This document shows, piece after piece, positions 60,349 to 64,000 of a DNA stretch of 64,000 nucleotides. Within the stretch, counting starts at the first letter, position 1. Each line of letters opens with the position of its first letter. The notes beneath the pieces are model-generated. The model had not been told where the DNA came from and did not search any database. It saw only the letters and a list, made by a program, of their open reading frames with translations. The translations under genes were made by a program, and so were the position numbers. The DNA lies in the NCBI GenBank assembly GCA_965208575.1, contig CBDBOV010000005.1:96001-160000 (forward strand), read 5' to 3'. This stretch comes from Spirochaetia bacterium. GTDB taxonomy: Bacteria; Spirochaetota; Spirochaetia; SZUA-6; Bin103.

Positions 60349-60630
60349 TCAAGACCATCGGTCACTGTCGACCTCGGCAGCCGCTGCGCGCCGGCGTTTG
60401 TTTTCGATGGCGGTGCGCCGGCGTTTGTTTTCGACGTTGAGTTCAAAGATGGTGGCCCGGTGCACCAAGCGGTCGATGGCGGCGACGGTCATGGAGGGCT
60501 TGGGGAAGATCTTGTCCCACTGGCCGAACGGCTGGTTGGCGGTGATCAGCGGGGAGCGCTGTTCATAACGTGTACTGATCACAGCTCGAACAGGACGCTG
60601 GTCTCGGCGTGATCCTTGGTGACGTAGGCC
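60349..60630 (-). pseudogene. istB: IS21 IstB C-terminal relic
   Basis: ETSVLFEL/ISTRYEQRS.LITANQPF..WD..F...AAIDRLVH; frameshifted. Confidence 0.8.
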
Positions 60631-61326
60631 GATGCGTTGCGTCACAGGGGACCAGATGTGACCCTGTCCTGCGTCTTATCAAACGTCAGAGAGTCGATAC
60701 GACAGCCATCCCAATGGGCCAGCCCTGCCCGCGCGCCGTGATGCTCGAACATCCGTGACGGGCTATCCTCGAGCGCGTCCGAGGCGGACCCGAGGGCGGC
60801 CCGCACATTCCAGCCGCAGCCGCCGTGCGTGCGTATCTGACGTGGCGGCGAGCCGAATCAGGACGGAGCTGTGCGGGCGCCTCCATCCGCCGATACCCAC
60901 AGCCGGTGCGGCGGTGCACCTCCCGAAGTCCGACAGCGGTCGAGCTCCTGTTCGGCGTACCTGGCAGCAAGTCGACGCTCGCACGAGGCCGTTCTGCCCA
61001 AATGCTCCGCAGAACGGAAATGCAACGGGGACGGTGACACTGAGCGACGTGCGCTCTGTTTGACGTAAGCGCCGGACCTACCACACGATAGGCCTCATGA
61101 GAAAGTTTGACCAAACCGCAAGAGTAAGGGGCGGACGCCTACATGAAGGAAGAGCGGCGGCCCACACTCAGCGTATCGCGAAGGCAGAGGACGACGCCGC
61201 GGCCTCAAACGTTCAACGGGCCGCATCGACACTCAGTGCACCGGCGGTCGCCGTCGCTCGCCATTTCGCGGATGCCTCATCGCGTCTGTAAAGCCTCCGT
61301 GCCGTAGGCCCTACGGTGTCCCCAAG

Positions 61327-61962
61327 ATGAGCAACGATCCAAAAGCGCCGGAGATCACGATTGACGAGCTCACAAAAAGCGTCGACGAAATTGCTCAAAC
61401 CCAAAAGGCGAGCAAGAAAACGGAACGTCGGAGGTTCGTAGTCCTCGCGATAGCGCATCTTGTAGTTGCCGCATGCACGGCGTTCAGTCTCTATCTTCAC
61501 TACGACGAAAAGCGAAGGTTAGAATCCCAAATACAGAGGACGATGCGTACCGACTTGGAGCTCCAGATCCTACCATATAGCATAGTAAAGAGCCGCATGA
61601 ACGGTAACTCATTCGAATGGCGCGATGCCATCGTTGATCTTCCCGATCACCTCAACACGACAGAAAATGAGGCTGTCATCGTGGTTGTAAATCCTAGTGA
61701 CGTAAGCACAGGAGATGGATGCATCCGCGGTTCTCTGTGGGTTCCCCCAAAGCCGAAAATAACACTAGGCGATATGTTCAAAACTGAGATGGCGTTCTCA
61801 CCAAAGAGGGGCGAGGCTTATTTCACTGGGTATGTTTATGACAAAGACTTTAAGTCGGAGAATCTCCGGTTTCTTAAAGATTGCAAGAAAGAACAACCAC
61901 TCGTAAGGGTCAAGTTTATCCCATTCACACCACCAACAACCTCGAAGCCGAAAGAAGGGTAG
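61327..61962 (+). CDS. Hypothetical single-TM protein (low GC cargo)
   Basis: 211-aa ORF with a hydrophobic helix; operonic with the next gene. Confidence 0.65.
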   Translation: MSNDPKAPEITIDELTKSVDEIAQTQKASKKTERRRFVVLAIAHLVVAACTAFSLYLHYDEKRRLESQIQRTMRTDLELQILPYSIVKSRMNGNSFEWRDAIVDLPDHLNTTENEAVIVVVNPSDVSTGDGCIRGSLWVPPKPKITLGDMFKTEMAFSPKRGEAYFTGYVYDKDFKSENLRFLKDCKKEQPLVRVKFIPFTPPTTSKPKEG

Positions 61963-61968
61963 TAGAAT

Positions 61969-63147
61969 ATGTCGATAAAGAGCGTATTATTGTACTTCAC
62001 AGTCGCCACCTGGATTACACACGCAGTCATCGCGGACGATCATCAGTTCCTTTACACACCGCACAACAGTGCGGCCGTCCAAGATGGCTTGATTGTATAC
62101 TACACACAACAGCGATCCGAGCAAATCGATAGGATAACTAGACATCCGATAGACGCTGACTTTTACCTAAAGCGCCTTACGGTTAGGAGTTTCCATCACT
62201 TGACCTCGGTCGACATTGTATCCGTGATTTATGATGTTGCTAACTTCTATGGGTCTGATCGGTTAAACGAACTTGGTATCACCCGGTTGAATATCCTCTG
62301 GGGGTCTCAACAGACATCGGACGGAGTCTTCAGCTATGATGGCGGCGTGGTCGTTGAACGCGAACTTCTTGATGCGATGTTGTCGAACACAGAGCAAGTT
62401 GCGCAGATTAGAGAGTTCGCGAATGGAATCAGACGTATCGTTCCGCCTGATAGCTTCGATCCGATAGATGATCAGTTCTCAGGGGCGAACGAGAAGCTTG
62501 GGACAATACATACACTGAATGAGGAAGATGAGGATTGGTTCAGTTATCGAATAGCTCAAGGAGGATATTATGCTGTAGAGACGTTACCGGTCGAAAGCAG
62601 GCAACGGGTAGACACAGTAGTGGAGGTTCGTACCGACGATCAGACAATTGTAGACGACGATGGGAGTGACGAGTTTCTATACTCTCGCGCGTTGATAGAG
62701 GTAGTTGACAACGCGGCGGTGGTAGTGAAGGTGACCAGCTACGGTACAGCTGGGGGGTACTACGTCCTCAGTATAAGCTCCGTACCGTTGGATGAGATTC
62801 TCATAGATCCGTACGAACCGAACGACACGATTGAAACAGCAAAAGATATAGTCTCGGGATCTGAGATCACGGCGATGCTGAATTCGAATGAAGATGTCGA
62901 TTGGTTTGAAGTCCAAGGCCTAAAGAGAGGACGGACGTACGAACTTCTCATTTTTTCCGACGACTATGATACGACGGCAACTCTCTTCGTGGGAGATCGC
63001 GCTGGGCCGTCGCTTGAATTCTCTGAATTTTCGCCATCAGGGAGGTTTCAACTCGAGTCGAAGGGGCGGATTTTTTTGATGGTGGTCGGGGGATGGAGCG
63101 GCGAGTACACGATCGTTATTCAGGAGGATGACCCGCCAAGACTGTGA
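61969..63147 (+). CDS. Secreted protein with two PPC-like beta domains (low GC cargo)
   Basis: Signal peptide; DEDWFSY..DDDG..YYVL and DPYEPNDT..DVDWFEV repeats. Confidence 0.7.
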   Translation: MSIKSVLLYFTVATWITHAVIADDHQFLYTPHNSAAVQDGLIVYYTQQRSEQIDRITRHPIDADFYLKRLTVRSFHHLTSVDIVSVIYDVANFYGSDRLNELGITRLNILWGSQQTSDGVFSYDGGVVVERELLDAMLSNTEQVAQIREFANGIRRIVPPDSFDPIDDQFSGANEKLGTIHTLNEEDEDWFSYRIAQGGYYAVETLPVESRQRVDTVVEVRTDDQTIVDDDGSDEFLYSRALIEVVDNAAVVVKVTSYGTAGGYYVLSISSVPLDEILIDPYEPNDTIETAKDIVSGSEITAMLNSNEDVDWFEVQGLKRGRTYELLIFSDDYDTTATLFVGDRAGPSLEFSEFSPSGRFQLESKGRIFLMVVGGWSGEYTIVIQEDDPPRL

Positions 63148-63459
63148 TACCGGATGCAAAACTGGAAGCCCATCATTCTATTCTATATGGACCGAAATAG
63201 TCCGTCTCGACGACGTCGAGACTGAGAGTAGCCAGACGTTCGAGGCTGTGGTGCCGTTAGAGTTAGAGGTTGCGGGGAGGTGCGCGCCCAGCATAGGTTG
63301 GGATTAGCTGTTACGGGCAGCTTTTGCACGTTCTACACGGTGGCTGAATCACCGCATCGTTGAGCTTAGTGGAGCGGCCGCGACGCCATCCGGCGTATCC
63401 TAACTAAACGGAGATTGCACCGCACAGCCAAGCGACTGACGACAACCTAGTGGCAGTTC

Positions 63460-63583
63460 CCGCGACGAACGCGAACACGCCATGCAGGTCAGCCAGATAC
63501 TTTTTCGCTGGCGCCCACCACCGCGGGGAGCGAGATCGAGGTAAGCAGTGACACGCGGCCCGGGCGTGGTGATGGAGGAATAC
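63460..63583 (+). pseudogene. Decayed 5' half of a Uma2 gene (copy-2 subtype)
   Basis: ATCGAGGTAAGCAGTGACACGCGGCCCGGGCGTGGTGATGGAGG aligns with copy 2 ATCGAGGTGGGCAGCGACGTGCTGCCGGACGTGGTGCTGGAGG. Confidence 0.65.
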
Positions 63584-63953
63584 TCCACCACCATGACATG
63601 CCACTAGGTCCCTCATATTTCCGGTGGGTTACCTAATAGCAGCTCGTCATACTCGATGTCTGTTACTTGACGTTTCATCAACTCTTGTCCTAGTGTGATG
63701 CCGAAGATTACTTTCCCATTCGAACGCTTCAGCCGCCACTTCGTTCTCGAGAACACCTGTCGTGAAGCGTCCCAACGATTCTCCGCTGCTTTGTTCGCCC
63801 CGGCAGGCGAGGCTCGTCGCTGTTGGTGAAGGAGCGGCAACGTGTTGGACCGGCGAAGTCCTGGCGCCGACGCTGCGCATCAACGGCAAGCCGTCCAACG
63901 TGGGCCGGGGCGTTATCTCACCGGGACGCTGGCGGCGCAGACGGCCGACATAA
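63567..63953 (+). mobile_element. Decayed second att core, promoter and integrase 5' relic
   Basis: TGGTGATGGA-ggaatac-TCCACCACCA; colinear similarity to 51268-51660 (CTTGACGTTTCATC, GTGAAGCGTCCCAA, CGCATCAACGGCAAGCCGTCCAACGTGGGCC). Confidence 0.8.
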
Positions 63954-64000
63954 GGTCGCGCCCGGTATCGGCTTGTCATCTCGTTCGGCCGCATGGCCAG

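Noticed and set aside
60385-60435. GCGCCGGCGTTTGTTTTCGA direct repeat
   Set aside because: Local duplication inside a dead istB relic, with no sign of function.
1-64000. CRISPR array
   Set aside because: No constant repeat with regular spacers and no cas genes; the mosaic fragments are irregular and lack a shared repeat.

Overview
High-GC bacterial DNA. The gene mix (many family-5 peptide/nickel ABC cassettes, amidohydrolases, Uma2, AAA/PD-(D/E)XK and toxin-antitoxin genes, an FG-GAP protein) resembles host-associated marine symbionts such as sponge Spirochaetaceae; this taxonomy is inference only. There are three zones. (1) 1-16 kb: ordinary catabolic genes (RraA-like, enolase superfamily x2, dehydrogenases, GH32, SDR, GNAT, Fic, amidohydrolase, GGT, aminotransferase). 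(2) 16-51.3 kb: three complete ABC (SBP-permease-permease) cassettes, SDR/LLM/FG-GAP genes, four Uma2 genes and TA modules. These are interleaved with over 15 short, slightly diverged fragments of the same neighbouring genes that recur in the same cyclic order and orientation, like a repeatedly amplified and collapsed tandem array. (3) 51.3-64 kb: an integrative island headed by a P4/IntA-type tyrosine integrase that has cut a Uma2 gene at a lambda-like core site (10-bp arms, 7-bp overlap) inside the conserved PDVVLEVD codons. A second, decayed copy of the same junction, promoter and integrase start lies at 63.5-63.95 kb inside a different Uma2 subtype. This suggests an element family that uses multicopy Uma2 genes as attB sites, and it is the best candidate for an undescribed system here. 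The island also holds AlpA relics, a PD-(D/E)XK gene between two ~133-bp palindromes, an IS3, a group II intron carrying a mini-IS, IS21 relics and two low-GC cargo genes. No rRNA, tRNA or CRISPR array was seen.
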